Origin: the human T2T-CHM13v2.0 reference genome, Homo sapiens
Strand: one strand, 5' to 3'
Assembly: GCF_009914755.1 (NCBI RefSeq)
Contig: NC_060942.1
Length of the DNA: 64,000 nucleotides
Shown in pieces: positions 26,504 through 39,519 of this stretch. A model generated the notes under the pieces. It did no database searches. It was not told the origin of the DNA and saw only the letters and a program-made list of their open reading frames with translations. The position numbers and the translations under genes are program-made. The first letter of the stretch is position 1. Each line of letters starts with the position of its first letter.

Positions 26504-27890
26504 TTGCTTGTTTTTGTCAGGTTTGTCAAAGATCAGATGGTTGTAGATGTGTAGTGTTATTTCTGCGGCCTCTTTTCTGTGCCAGTGGTCTATATATTTG
26601 TTTTGTTACCAGTTCTGTGCTGTTTTGGTTACCATAGCCTTATAGTATAGTTTGAAGTCACGTAGTGTGATGCCTCCAGCTTTGTTCTTCTTGCCCAGGA
26701 TTGTCTTGGCTATGCAGGCTCTTTTTTGGTTCCACATGAAGTTTAAAGTAGTTTTTTTTCCAGTTCTGTGAAGAAAGTCAGTAGTAGCTTGATGGGGATG
26801 GCACTGAATCTATGAATTGCTTTGGGAAGTATGGCCATTTTCATGATATTGATTCTTCCTATCCAGGAGCATGGAATGTTTTTCCATTTGTTTGTGTCCT
26901 CTGTTATTTCCTTGAGCAGTGATTTGTAGTTCTCCTTGAAGAGATCCTTCACATCCCTTGTAAGTTATATTCCTAGGTATTTTATTCTCTTTGTAGCAAT
27001 TTTGAATGGGAGTTCACCCATGATTTGGCTCTCTGTTTGTCTGTTATTCGTGTATAAGAATGCTTGTGATTTTTGCACATTGATTTTGTATCCTGAGACT
27101 TCGCTGAAGTTGCTTATCAGCTTAAGGAGATTTTGGGCTGAGACAATGGGTTTTTCTAAATAGATAATCATGTCTTCTGCAAACAGAGACAATTTGACTT
27201 CCTCTCTTTCTATTCGAATATCCTTTATTTCTTTCTCTTGCCTGATTGCCCTGGCCAGAACTTCCAACACTATGTTGAATAGGAGTGGTGAGAGAGGGCA
27301 TCCTTGTCTTGTGCCGTTTTTCAAAGGGAATGCTTCCAGTTTTTGCCCATTCAGTATGATATTGGCTGTGGGTTTGTCATGTATAGCTCTTATTATTTTG
27401 AGATATATTTCATCAATACCTAGTTTATCGAGTGTTTTATTGGGGTTGTTTGTTCAAAATAGTGTCTTTCCTTCTTAAGATATTTTTCTTTTTTTATTAT
27501 GCTTTAAATTCTGGGGTGCATGTGCAGAATATGCAGGTTTGTTACATAGGTATACATGTGCCATGGTGATTTGCTGCGCCCATCATCCCATCACCTACAT
27601 TAGGTATTTCTCCTAGTGTTACCCCTCCCCTAACCCCCTGCCCTCTCGACAGGCCCCGGTGTGTGATGTTCCCCTCCCTATGTCCATGTGTTCTCATTGT
27701 TCAACTCCTACTTATGAGTGAGAACATGTGTTTTTAGCATGAAGGGGTGTTGAATATCATCGAAGGCCTTTTCTGTATCTATTGAGATAATCATGTTGTT
27801 TTTGTCAATGGTTCTGTTTATGCAATAGATTATGTTTATTGATTTGCACATGTTGAACCAGCCTTGCATCTCGGAGATGAAGCCGACTTT
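26504..27890 (-). mobile_element. L1PA (about PA7/8) ORF2 fragment with an embedded L1 3'-end segment (27483-27729)
   Basis: ORFs 26743-26952 and 26965-27324 translate to L1 ORF2 RT sequence ([26 protein letters not shown]). Confidence 0.92.
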
Positions 27891-28828
27891 CTAAAATTTT
27901 AATTTATTTTTAATTTTTGTTCTTCTTAAGACATCTTTAACCTTTAAGTTACTAGATTCTTTTTTCATGAAATAAAACAAAACAATTTCAATGATATGTA
28001 ACTTTCATTGCCCCCCCCTCCAGATTTTAGGAACAGATATGTTTGTTCATTTCCCTTCATTTTTATGTAACACATTATTTGCACAGGTTATGTGAAAATG
28101 TGTTCTCCTTTTAACCAGGATATAACTGGACAAACTAATTGCACAATTGAGGCCACATCTACTAGAGAATCGTACTTTAGAGTGATTATCATTTAATTAG
28201 ATATGCCAAGCCCAGCCTGCTATTAAGAAAAAATGGTTGATTTTTATATGTGGAGCCAATTTCTGTAGAGCTCTTCTGAGAAAAGGGGCTTTGTAGCTGG
28301 CTAATGGGGTCCCAGTCTCAGAGATGGCAATGGGGCCACTTTCTAGCAACTTAGCAACCATAGCAAATTCATTGACTCTGAAGAAGGTTCATGAAAATAT
28401 GCAGGTACTGCAGGTGAAGTCTTGTGGAAAGAGTGTTTTGGGCTTGGTTTTATAACCATGGGATAGAAGAGCAAATAATAGAGGCTGTTGGAAGGGCAAT
28501 TCAAGATTATGAGGAAAATCTAGACAGGAGTTAGTTATTTGGCTTTAGGAGTTACAGAACAAACTCAAGGAAGCTATTAGTATTAACACTCTTGATGTAC
28601 CTAAATAAATAATTAGGCCACACATGATGGGACCAGCCTTTTTAATGGAAACATTAAAAATTCTTGAAGGTTACTGTGATCACAAGGAAAGGGGGGACTA
28701 TTAAGAGTCTTGATTAAAAGCCTCAAACTAAACAAAGTTACATGTTAAATGGTAGATTTTAGGGCAGTTGAGGTGTGAATAATTTCTGTATGGTAGAGTG
28801 CTCTGTGGAACATTCACCAGTTTTGTTT

Positions 28829-29259
28829 TGTTAAAGAAAAACTTCAGGCGAGTTATATTTAAAGGCGTTTAATTGAGTAATGAACAATTCGCGAATCAGG
28901 AAGTTCCCAGAATCACAGCAGATTCACGGAGACTCCAGGGGTGCCTTGTGCTAGAACAAATTTATAGACAAAAAAGGTAAAAGTGACATACAGGAATCAG
29001 AAGTGAGGTATAGAGAGAGCGAGATTGGTTACGGCTTGGCATTTGCCTTATTTGAATGAAGTTTCAACATTCAGCAGTCTATGAGTGGTGGAAGTATGGC
29101 CACTGGGATTGGCCAACACTCAGCTATTGTTATAGGTGTATACTATTAAGTTGGGTTTTCAATTCTGTCTGACTATTAAGCTAGGTTACAGTTTATCCTC
29201 CAGAACTCAAATATAGAAGTACGGAGTCCTTCTCAGGCCATATGTAGTTTGCTTTAACA
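28829..29259 (-). mobile_element. MER57-family solo LTR (ERV1)
   Basis: TG...CA termini. Reverse complement begins TGTTAAAGCAAACTACATATGGCCTGAGAAGGACTCCGTAC. 4-bp flanks GTTT/GTAT. Confidence 0.8.
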
Positions 29260-29814
29260 GTATGTAACCCAGTAATATTACTAGAAATTGTCTCAATATT
29301 ACTAGACAATTGTCTTAATATGCTTGGCTCTCTGTGAATTGATTACTTCTTTGCTCATGCTATTTACTGATCTAGGAGTACATATTCTTCTCATATGTTT
29401 TCAGCAAACAAATATTCACAATACAATAATCTTTTCATCTTTGGAGCTTTTGATAAGTGAGTAAACTGAATATGATAAGTGAGTAAATTGAGATATATCT
29501 GCAGGAGAAAAAATTTTAAGAGATTATTAATATATCAGTTCTGTGGTGAAATGGGTTAGCCATCTGGGTTGTTTTCTTTAACAGAACAATTTTAAAAACT
29601 CTAGCTGTCATCTGCTCTAGTGCTTACTAATTTCTCCATTAAATTTCATTCATTGGATTTTGCCAAGTACCCAACAATAAAATCACGTTTGTTATGTAAA
29701 AGGCTGTTTTTGAAAGCACTGCTGAGTGTTTCCCATGAACACCAACTATTTTGATCAATTAATTAGCTATCACCTAGTGATAAATAAAACACGAGGCATT
29801 TTGAAGATTGGGGT

Positions 29815-30287
29815 CATGAAAGGAAAATAAATCTCGGGTCCCCAGAATCACTAAGCTAAAGGGAAAAGTCAAGCTGGGAACTGCTTAGGGCAAAACTTGC
29901 CTTCCATTCTTTTCAAAGTCATCCCTCTGCTCACTGAGATAAATGCATATCTGATTGTCTCATTTGGAGAGGCTAATCAGAAACTCAGAAGAATGCAACC
30001 ATTTGTCTTTTATCTACCTATGACCTAGAAGCCCCTCCCTGCTTCGAGTTGTCCCACCTTCACCTCAAGTTATCCCACCTTTCCAAACTGAACCAGTGTA
30101 CATCTTACACACATTGATTGATGTCTCATGTCTCCCTAAAATGTATAATACCAAGCTGTGCCCCTACTGCCTTGGGCACATGTTGTCAGGACCTCCTGAG
30201 GCTGTGTCATGGGTGCGTGTCCTCAAACCTTGGCAACATAAACTTTCTAAATTAATTGAAACCTGTCTCAGATTTTCATGGTTCACA
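29815..30287 (+). mobile_element. MER4A-family solo LTR (ERV1)
   Basis: TGAAAGGAAAATAAATCTCGGG..CACTAAGCTAAAGGGAAAAGTCAAGCTGGGAAC...GGTTCACA. Perfect 4-bp TSD GGGT (29811-29814, 30288-30291). Confidence 0.88.
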
Positions 30288-32041
30288 GGGTTTAGGAAGT
30301 ATCACAAGTTGTGGGCAGGCTTTCATGAGAACAAATCTAGAAGCTATTCTACCAGGGGATGCTAGGTGAGAGGGAATCAGATGGGGTATGAAAGAGGGGC
30401 AAGCAAGGAGTTTTCAGGGTTTCTGAGATATAAACAACTAGTGTTGGTTCTTGTTTAATAATCAAACTATGTATTTCGTGTTCTTTAATATTCAACTCAA
30501 TGAGTAAATTAGTCTTCATTTAAATGAAAATAATAGTGTTAGAATAAGCTTTCCTTGATACATCAAAGTATTGAAAATTTTAAGTTTGCAGAGCCTACTT
30601 TGAGTACTTTGAGGCATGCTTGTGGAGGAGTCTTGGAAATCAAAAAAGAAAGCCGATTTAGTTGAAAAGAGCTACCCTCATTTCTCTTCTTGAAATCTAT
30701 ACCTTTTCCAATTAAGCCCTGCAGAAAATATCTCTTTTCTTGCCTTATCTGTTCTTTGTAGTGGGATGAAAGACACCTCACAAAATAGTTGGAAGAATAC
30801 AGAGATCTGAAGGCTACTAGCTGTGCTGTTAATAGGGAAAAGAGAATAAGGACTTATAGTTCAGTAATACCATTTTCACCATGCACAACTTCAAACACAT
30901 CGCAGAGAGCAGTTTCTATAAAAAATCACACTCTTAGTTATGATGCTTTCTGTACTAAAATAAGAAGTCCTGCTGAAGGATTTAACCTTAAGTTTCAATG
31001 TGTGTTTCTAGATGTCGTGTACAGTCTTCTAATTTGTTATGGCATATGGAAGCAACAATCTTATTTTTGTGAGATATTCTGAAACCGAAGTCTCCCATTC
31101 AGGTTTCCTAGAAATGGAAAAGAAAAAAAAAGTAAAGAAGTCAAACTTCTAACATTCCTCTGTAGAAAACTAACATGTAAATGCCCTGCAACCTGCCTTC
31201 TTACAAAAACCTATAAGGCTTTAAGCTATGAAGCTATAAAATATGAAGTTGAATAGACATCTACAGTATGAGTATATATGCAATGCATAGTTGCCTATTT
31301 CAGTGTGCATTTAATTCTGGCATTCTTGATGTATTTATTTTATAACCTTCATATTTCATTAATTAGAATTGAATTAATACATTCTGAAATAAGAAGTGTT
31401 TTTAAAAGAATTCATATTTTTTACCCTAGGAGCACAGTATAAGTCAAATATGCTTAACAATGTTTGCATGGAAATTTTGTCTTTGAAATTTTATGTGAAT
31501 ATATAAGGTGGAATGAGAATTTATATTTTATGTATAATGCTGAAGTGATTCAAAATATATAAAGATTGAACATTTAAAAACTTATAAACATTTTCTGTGA
31601 AATTAAATTATTTCTGAATAAATAGGCTTCCCATAGTTAAATTCGTCTCAAATTTCACATACATGCAACTTAGTGAAAGTTTTTCAGAATAAATATCTGT
31701 AAAAGATAAACATCATCCTATTTTTAAGATTAAAAAAATTTTTTTTAAAGTCTATAAAATGTGAGAAAGTACTCAAACTCTTATTACCAACTTTAGAATT
31801 CTTTTCAGATTGTAGGAGGCAACTGTGACATAAGAGTTACTAAACAGAACAAGGGAGAAAGAATTTCAGCAACTTTCTCATTTTTCTCTGCTTAAGAATT
31901 TGTTTCTGTTTTTTTGTTTTTTGTTTTTGTTTTTGTTGCTGTTGCTGTTTATAAATTTAACTTGATATGGTGGAGAGTGAACCAGTAGATCAGGACTAAA
32001 ACATCAACTTAACTGGAAACATTGGTGTCTATATGCTATAA

Positions 32042-32262
32042 CATGCGTTGGTAAATTACAGCAAGTATGCCACATTTAGTCTGCCACCTAATTTATATAT
32101 AAAGCTTTATAGGAGCAAAGTCATGCTCATTAATTTATGCTTTTCTCTATGGCTGCTTTTGCACTACAATGGCAAAGTTGGAGAGTTGTAACAGAGATCG
32201 TGTAGTCCACAATGTCTAAAATATTTAATATCTGGGCCTTAATATAAAATTTTCCTAACGTT
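32042..32262 (+). mobile_element. MER58A-like hAT-Charlie DNA transposon
   Basis: ATGGCTGCTTTTGCACTACAATGGCA.AGTTG...CTAAAATATTTAATATCTGG; ~220 bp. Confidence 0.75.
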
Positions 32263-32529
32263 ACTGTGCAGAAATTATTCAAAGATGAGACCAATGATTG
32301 AAAAAAAAATGCGGCTTCCAGAATGAAAAAACGAACAAGCAAAATAGCAATACACTTTTTTTTCCACTAACTTTATAACTTGAAGGGAAAGCTGTACAAT
32401 AAGGAGTTTGATCAATTACTCAGTATTTTATGAAGAATCTCCCCCAAGGTCAATAGCATTCTAAGTCTTACAAAGAATACAGAAAGGTATTATTTTCAAC
32501 TTCCAATTGTCATCATAAGAGAACTTCTG

Positions 32530-33442
32530 TGGTAGGAAAATTTAAAGCCAAATAACTTAAGATTGTCTGGTAGGATGTCAGAGAAAATTATCCCTCCACA
32601 AAAATACTGAAAAAAGCAAAACCTGTCAAAATCAACTTTGTCTGGAAAATAGTAAAAGGTTTACAGCAACCAAGCAAATGCTGACTCAAGAAAGGGGCAA
32701 CTTTAAAATGATAAGAAAGCTTTGTTGCATTTTTACTTGCCTTTGCTCCATCTCCACTCTGGGATGGTGATGGTCTTGAAATCAGATGCCTTCATTCCCG
32801 ATGTGAGACCCTGGTCCCTGCAGCAGAGTACATCTTGTTCTCAAACAACTGTGTTTATCATTTTTGACCTGCCTGGGGGCTGCCTGAGAAACTGACATAA
32901 GGTGATAGCCTTTGTTTCATCTAACTTGCAAAGTTTTCAGGGTACAAAAGTGGCTATGCAGAGGTCATTTCATGAAAATATTAAAAGACAAATTAATAAC
33001 TATCTGCTACCTGGGGAAACAAACAACAAGCAAACAAAACAAACAGTTAAGGCAAAAATTAAAAACACGAAATTCTGGAGGAGATATTCTTTGAAGAATT
33101 AGAACACAGAAAAACTCTTGTGCATACAGGGGAATTTAGAAAGCCACACTCAGAGCAGGATGCATGCTCAGAAAAAAGCTGAGAAGGCTCTGCTCTTTGA
33201 TCTCTGGCTATTTGGCTTAATGCAAGCAGGAAGTGAAGACTAATGTTGAGCTGTAAATGACATGGCTAAGTGTTGAAAGAGTACATCTAAACAGGGCCAA
33301 TTTGCAAAAATTAGTTAAGCTCTCCCTCTTTCCCCCTTTTTAAGGGTTTCAAGGATTAAAAGAAATCTCTGTCCAAACACTAGTTTACCACAAGCTGAAG
33401 AAATAGTGACTTTGGAGACCATATGCAGCAAATCATACAGCG

Positions 33443-33505
<63 letters not shown>

Positions 33506-36500
33506 TTAGAAAAGTCACCAAGTGAACAAACAACTATTACCCATGGCAAACAACAAAACCAAACCCTGAGATACAGGAGAATCTAATTTACAGAATTTCC
33601 ATATTATAATATTAACTATGTCTAGTTTTCAACAAAAAATTACAAAGCATGCAAGGACACAAGAAAGCATGGTCCATTCAAAAGAGAAATAAAAATTAAA
33701 AACTATTCATAAGGAAGCACAGACACTGGACTTACTAGATAAAGAATTTAAGTCAACTTTTAAAAGTATACTGAAGGAACTAAAAGAAACTAATTATGGT
33801 CAAAGAGTAAAGAAAATCTGTAGAACAATGCATGAATATATAGAAATATCAACAGAGATAGAAATTATTTTTAAAAATAAAAATTCTAGATCTAGAAAGT
33901 ACAATAACTGAAGTGACAAATCCACTAGGGGATCTCAATAGCAGATGAGAAGACTGTAAAAAAAGAATCAGTGGATTTAAAATAGATCAGTTGAAATTAT
34001 CTGGTCTGATAACAGAAAGAACAAGAATGCAGAAAAATATACAGAGCCTAAGGAACCTGTGGGACAACATCAAGCAGATCTACATATGAATAATGAGAGT
34101 CCAAGAAAAAGATGAGAGAACAGGGAAGAAAGCATATTTGAATAAAGAATGGCTAAAAACATTATAACATTATCATTTTAATAAAGGCATTAATTTTTAT
34201 GTCCAAGAAACTCAAAGAATTCCATAAAGGAAACCCAGAGAGACCCACAATGAGGTATTATAATCAAACTATTGAATGCCAAACACAATCTTAAAAGCAA
34301 AAAGAGAGAAGTAATTTGTCACTAGAAGGAGTCCTCAATAAGAATATCAGCCATTTTTTATTAGAAGTTATAGATACCTGAAGACAGTAGGATAATATAT
34401 TTAAAATACAGAAAGGAAAAAAAAAACTCAACCAAGAATTCTATACTTGGCAAAAGTGTTCTTCAAAAATGAGGGAGAAATTAAAATATTATCAGACAAA
34501 AAAGCTGGAAGAGTTTATTGCTAATAGACCTGCCTTATAAGAATTGCTAATAAGAGTCTTTGGGGCAAAAATGACATGACACTAGACAATAACTTGAAGA
34601 TATATGAAGAAATAAAGAACACTGATAAAGGTAATGAGAATGGTAAATTTAAAAGCCAGTATTGTATTTTTGGTTTTTAACTCCTGTTTTTAAAATATAA
34701 GGTTTTAAATAAAAATGCATAAAATAATAATTGTACTTCTGGGCTAACAGGCAGACATGTGTAAAGATATACTTTGTGACAACAATACATAAAGGAAACT
34801 AGTTATTGGGGCTGTATAGAAGCAGAGGATTTTTTTCACTATTGAGGCCAAGTTAATATTAATTAAAATTTAATTATAAGTTTAAAATGTTACTAGTAAT
34901 CCCAAGAGGAACTACTGAGAGGATTACTAAAATATACACAGAAAGGAAATGAGAGAATAATCAAAATGATAAACTGCAAAAAAATCAATTAAATACATAA
35001 GAATGCAGTAATGGAGGAATGAAGGAACCAAAAAAAATGACATGTTGCAAACAAATAGCAAAATGTCAGAAATGAGCTCTTTCTTGTTATTGATTACTTG
35101 AAGGGTGAATAAATTAAACTATCCAAAAGGCAGAGCTTGGTAAAAATCAATTTTTAAAAGTCATTTAACCATATGCTGTCTATAAGAGACTCAATATAGA
35201 TCCAAAGACATAAATAAGTTGAAAGCAAAGAATATTCCGTACAAATAGTAACCAAAAGAATACTAGGATGGATATACTAAAATCAGAAAAAATGGACTTT
35301 AAGTCAAAACCATTGCAAGCGACATTAAATATTGATAAAAGGGACAATCCAGCAAGAATATATAATGATTATAAAAAAAAACACACCTAAGTATAAAGCC
35401 CTAAAATATTTAAAGCAAAAATTGACAGAATTGAGGAAGAAACACACTATTCTACATTAAAAGTTGGAGACTTTGATACCAAAATTTCAATAATGGATAG
35501 AACTAGATAGAATATTAATGAGGAAATAGGGAACTTTAGTAACGGTATAAACAAACTGCACCCCTCAGACAAATACAGAAAACTCCATCCTGTAACAACA
35601 GAATAAACATTCTTCTCAAGTGTACATGGAACATTCTCTAAATTATATGTCAGGCCACAAAACAAGTCTCAATAAATGTGACATAATTGAAATAATAGAA
35701 AGTATCTTCTTCAATACAATAGAATAAAATCAGAAATCATTAACAGAAGGAAAACTGGAAAATTCACAATTATGTGGAAATTAAACAACATATTCTTAAA
35801 CAAGCATTGGATCAAAGAAGACATCACAATGCATAAAATACTTTAGGATTCACACTTCCTGATTTCTAAACTTACTATAAAGCTACAGTATTCAAAACAA
35901 TGTGGAACTGGTATAAAGATAGACACCCCTTAACCAATGAAATAGAACTGAGTCCAGAAATAAACCCATTTGATTTTGAAAAGGGTATTATAAGACCATT
36001 CAATAAGCAAAAGAATAGTCTCTTCAACTAGTGGTGTTGAGACAACTCAATTTCCACATGCAAAAGAGTGAAGTTGGATCCCTACCTCACACTCTTCACA
36101 ATATCCAAAGTATTCCAAAGGTGGAAACAAACTAAATATTCACCAACTGATGAATGTATAAACAAAATGTGGTATATACTCACAATGAAATATTATTCAG
36201 CCATAACAAGAGATGAAGTACTGAAACATGCTACAACATGGATGAACCTTGGAAACATTATGCTAAGTAAAAGCAGACAGACTCAAAAGGTTACATATTG
36301 TATCATTCTATTTTATTTAATACGAAATATCCAGAATAGGTAATCCCATAGAGACAGAAATGTGTTGGCAGTTGTTAGCGTTGAGGGGAAGAGAGAATGA
36401 GGAGTGACTTTAATGGCTACAGGGTTTTCCTCAGGGGTGATGACACTGTTTTGGAACTCGATACTCGATATAGATATTCGTTGTACAACACTGTGAATGT

Positions 36501-36575
36501 AATTAATACTACTGAATTGCCCACTTTAAAATGTTTTAGTTTTATGTTAACATTTTACCTTAATTTTAAAAACTA
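32530..36575 (+). mobile_element. Old L1M (L1MB-like): 5' UTR, degraded ORF1, ORF2 EN with internal deletions, 3' end
   Basis: ORF1 motifs (GAACCTGTGGGACAACATCAAGC, TTCAAAAATGAGGGAGAAATTAA), EN motifs (GTTGGAGACTTTGATACC), and the 3' tail CATGCTACAACATGGATGAACCTTG. Confidence 0.82.
33446..33501. repeat. (CA)n microsatellite, about 28 units
   Basis: Direct reading; uninterrupted. Confidence 0.97.
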
Positions 36576-36689
36576 ATCATTTGGGAAAATTATATTGATA
36601 GACCAAGATTAAAAATTAACTTATAAAACTCTTACACATATGTTGCCATCTAGAAAATGAGACAATAAAGGTAGCATTCAATTATTTAC

Positions 36690-37280
36690 TCATTTACTTA
36701 TTTAACAAATATTTATTTAGCATCTTCTATATGCTAGACACTGTTTTAAGCGTTAGAGATATAGCCTACATGACCAAATAAAGTTATTACTTTTTGGCAT
36801 GACATTTTAGTCAGGGTAGACAGACAAAAGTAAATAATTACATAGTAATCACAGGTCGTAATAAGGATTATGAGAAAAAGAAAAGTAAAGAAATACAGAG
36901 TGTGGGGTTGTGTGGTGCTATTTTAGATAGCATAGTCAAGGCAGGCTTCTATCAGGAGGTAACATTTCAGCAGAGACGTGCATGAAATCAGGAAGCAAAC
37001 ATTTCAGCAGAGATGTGCATGAAATCAGGAAGCACACCATGCATATATCTGAGGGAAGAACAATTTAGAAAGAGGCAATGGTAGATGCAATTAGTAACTG
37101 AGCAGCCAAATGTTTGGTGGGTTTGAGGAGCAGCAAAAAGGCCTGTGGCTAGAGCAGTTCTCTAGTTTGAGAGTGGTAGGAGAGATGTGGTAAGAAGCCA
37201 GAAGTTGCTCAGTTAGGATTTGTGTCTCACATTAACAACTTTGGATTTATTTTGAGTGTGATGGGGCAGCACATTAAATG
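36690..37280 (-). mobile_element. L2 LINE 3' fragment
   Basis: TTTAACAAATATTTATTTAGCATCTTCTATATGCTAGACACTG and downstream L2 motifs. Confidence 0.8.
36961..37034. repeat. 37-bp tandem duplication (1 mismatch)
   Basis: AACATTTCAGCAGAGA(C/T)GTGCATGAAATCAGGAAGCA, two copies. Confidence 0.95.
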
Positions 37281-37654
37281 GAATTAATATTAATAGCACT
37301 TAATGTAACTTGAAGTATTAATACTGAAATATTTTCTTTTGACAATTTTTGCGAAATATTCTAGGATCTCCTTTTACTGTAATTTCAAAGAAGTTGTGAA
37401 TATGCTTTTTGTCATACCAACGCTTATATTATACCTATGAAAAGGCTTTTTCCTATACCTGTTCCTCTATACAGATTTGTTTGCTTTGAGTTTTGTTTTG
37501 TTTTTTTTTTGGCTATCAATTTTATGACTTGGAATTCATTATAATAATTCACATACCCTTCATTTGTTTTCCCGCCATTGTAGGAAAAGTTTACACAATT
37601 AAAAATGGCTTTAAGAGAATTCCATGTAAAAGACATTCTGGGTTTCAGAGGAAA

Positions 37655-38236
37655 TGTTATCGAAAAAGGGTCTTGATCCAGACCCCAAAAGAAGGTTCTT
37701 GAACCTCGCACAAGAAAGAATCTGGGCGAGTCCACAGAGTAAAGTGAGAGCAAGTTTATTAAGAAAGTAAAGGGATGAAAGAATGGTTACTCCATTATTT
37801 CTTGATTATGTGCTAAACAACGGATGGATTATTCATGAGATTTCCGGGAAAGGGGCAGGGATTTCCCACAACTGGGGTTTTTTTCCTCCTTTAGACCCTG
37901 TAGGGTGACTTCAGGATATTGCCACGACATTTGTAAACTGTCATGGTGCTGGTGGGAGTGTCTTTTAGTATGCTAATGCATTAAAATTCACGTGTAATGA
38001 GCAATGAGGACGACCAGAGGTCATTTTCATGACCATATTCATTTTGGTGGGTCTTGACCAGCTTCTTTACTGCAACTGTTTTATCAACAGGGTCTTTGTT
38101 CCCTGTAAATTGTGCCGTCCTATCTCATTCTGTGACTAAGAATGCCTACCCTCTGAGAATGCAGCCCAGTAGGTCTCAGCCTTATTTTACCTAGCCTGTT
38201 CAAAATGGAGTCACTCATGTTCGAATGTCTCTGACA
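37655..38236 (-). mobile_element. MER41-family solo LTR (ERV1)
   Basis: Reverse complement begins TGTCAGAGACATTCGAACATGAGTGACTCCATTTTGAA and ends TGGGGTCTGGATCAAGACCCTTTTTCGATAACA. Flanks GAAA/GAAG. Confidence 0.9.
37842..37850. promoter_or_regulatory. GAS (STAT1) motif within MER41
   Basis: TTCCGGGAA fits TTCnnnGAA. A second, degenerate site TTCCCACAA lies at 37863-37871. Confidence 0.6.
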
Positions 38237-39519
38237 GAAGTAATCTTATTACCTAAGATTAAAACAAACAAACAAATGAAACCTCATAGGAATAGATTCG
38301 TTCATTCATGTCAATTTATTTAATTATTTAATATTATTTGGTGGATGTTTACTAGAGGACATAGAACAGCACCAGCTCAGGGATGTTTGAGATAAACCAC
38401 TCATCTATAAACAGCCAATGAATTTCTTTTCTGGTGCTTGAGGGCCTGTCCCCTATCACCACCATCACCGTACATTTCAGAGAGTAGGTATCCATCACCT
38501 ACTCTTTGAGAAGGTGAACAGTGTAAAATGAAAGAAACAAAGGAGCCAAATCTCTAATTCAAATGTAAAAATAACCCAAAGACACATACTTCTAGAACAA
38601 CCTTTCCCGATAAGGAAAAAGCAAACAAAAAACAGTCTGTATTCTGGAGATGATGGACCCTTGGAGACTGGGGGGAATTATGTAGAACTAATAAAATATT
38701 CAACAGGGAGATGCAACTGAACTTTACTGGAGTAAGTAAAATGCTTGGGTCTCAACTGCCAGGGAAGTGTGTAGGAACCACTCCCAAAGTTCAGACCATC
38801 CTGTCGGCAAGACTGCGGAACCCGAGTTCTCAGTGCACTTGAACAAATAGCTTTGTTACCTACATTCTGTCTAGTGAATCACAGGGTCACTAAATTGCAA
38901 GGACATAGGAAAGCAACAGCTGAAATCATATGTCCTGGTTACTTAACATGAAAATACTTAAAACTGTCCCAGGAATCCAATAAACAGCCCCCACTCTCTG
39001 AGAACAGATATATTCTTTGAATAATTTTATTAAGTGACTAGTGCTGTTATTGCTAACTAGTGCAGCCCTTTCCAATTTTTTGGAATTAAATTATGTTCAT
39101 CATTGGTATCTCAAGTTTTCATCTTTTCTGTTTTCCAAATAAAGGGTCAAGAAACTTCATTTTTCAATCTGAATGCTTCTTACATTGTCTTATTAAAAAA
39201 GAACATGTTAGATGTCTGCAGACTGAAGTGAAATACAAGTAATTAATAAGGTTAAAAATGTAGTTCAATAATTCCTAGGGAAGTTTCTATTTTAACATGA
39301 CGAGAATCTTAAAATACAAGAATGATTTTCTAATACTACATAGACCTATCAACATTAAATCAATTATCAGATTCTGAAAGTACTCTTGGGACACTAATGT
39401 CTTTCTATGGTCTTTGAAATGACATATAATTAGGACTATTTTTATGGCACTAGTGAATGTACAGAGCAATAAGATAAATGCTATTCATACTTCATCTACA
39501 CAATTTATTTCACAGAAAA

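Noticed and set aside
29273-29495. Two short ~21-22 bp tandem duplications (about 29273-29320 and 29451-29493)
   Set aside because: Ordinary slippage duplications with no evidence of function.
30599-30718. Possible minus-strand exon (TTTTCTGCAG/ ... AAA/GTAGGC) reading GLIGKGIDFKKRNEG...
   Set aside because: Short pyrimidine tract, weak donor and an unrecognised peptide; within chance expectation.
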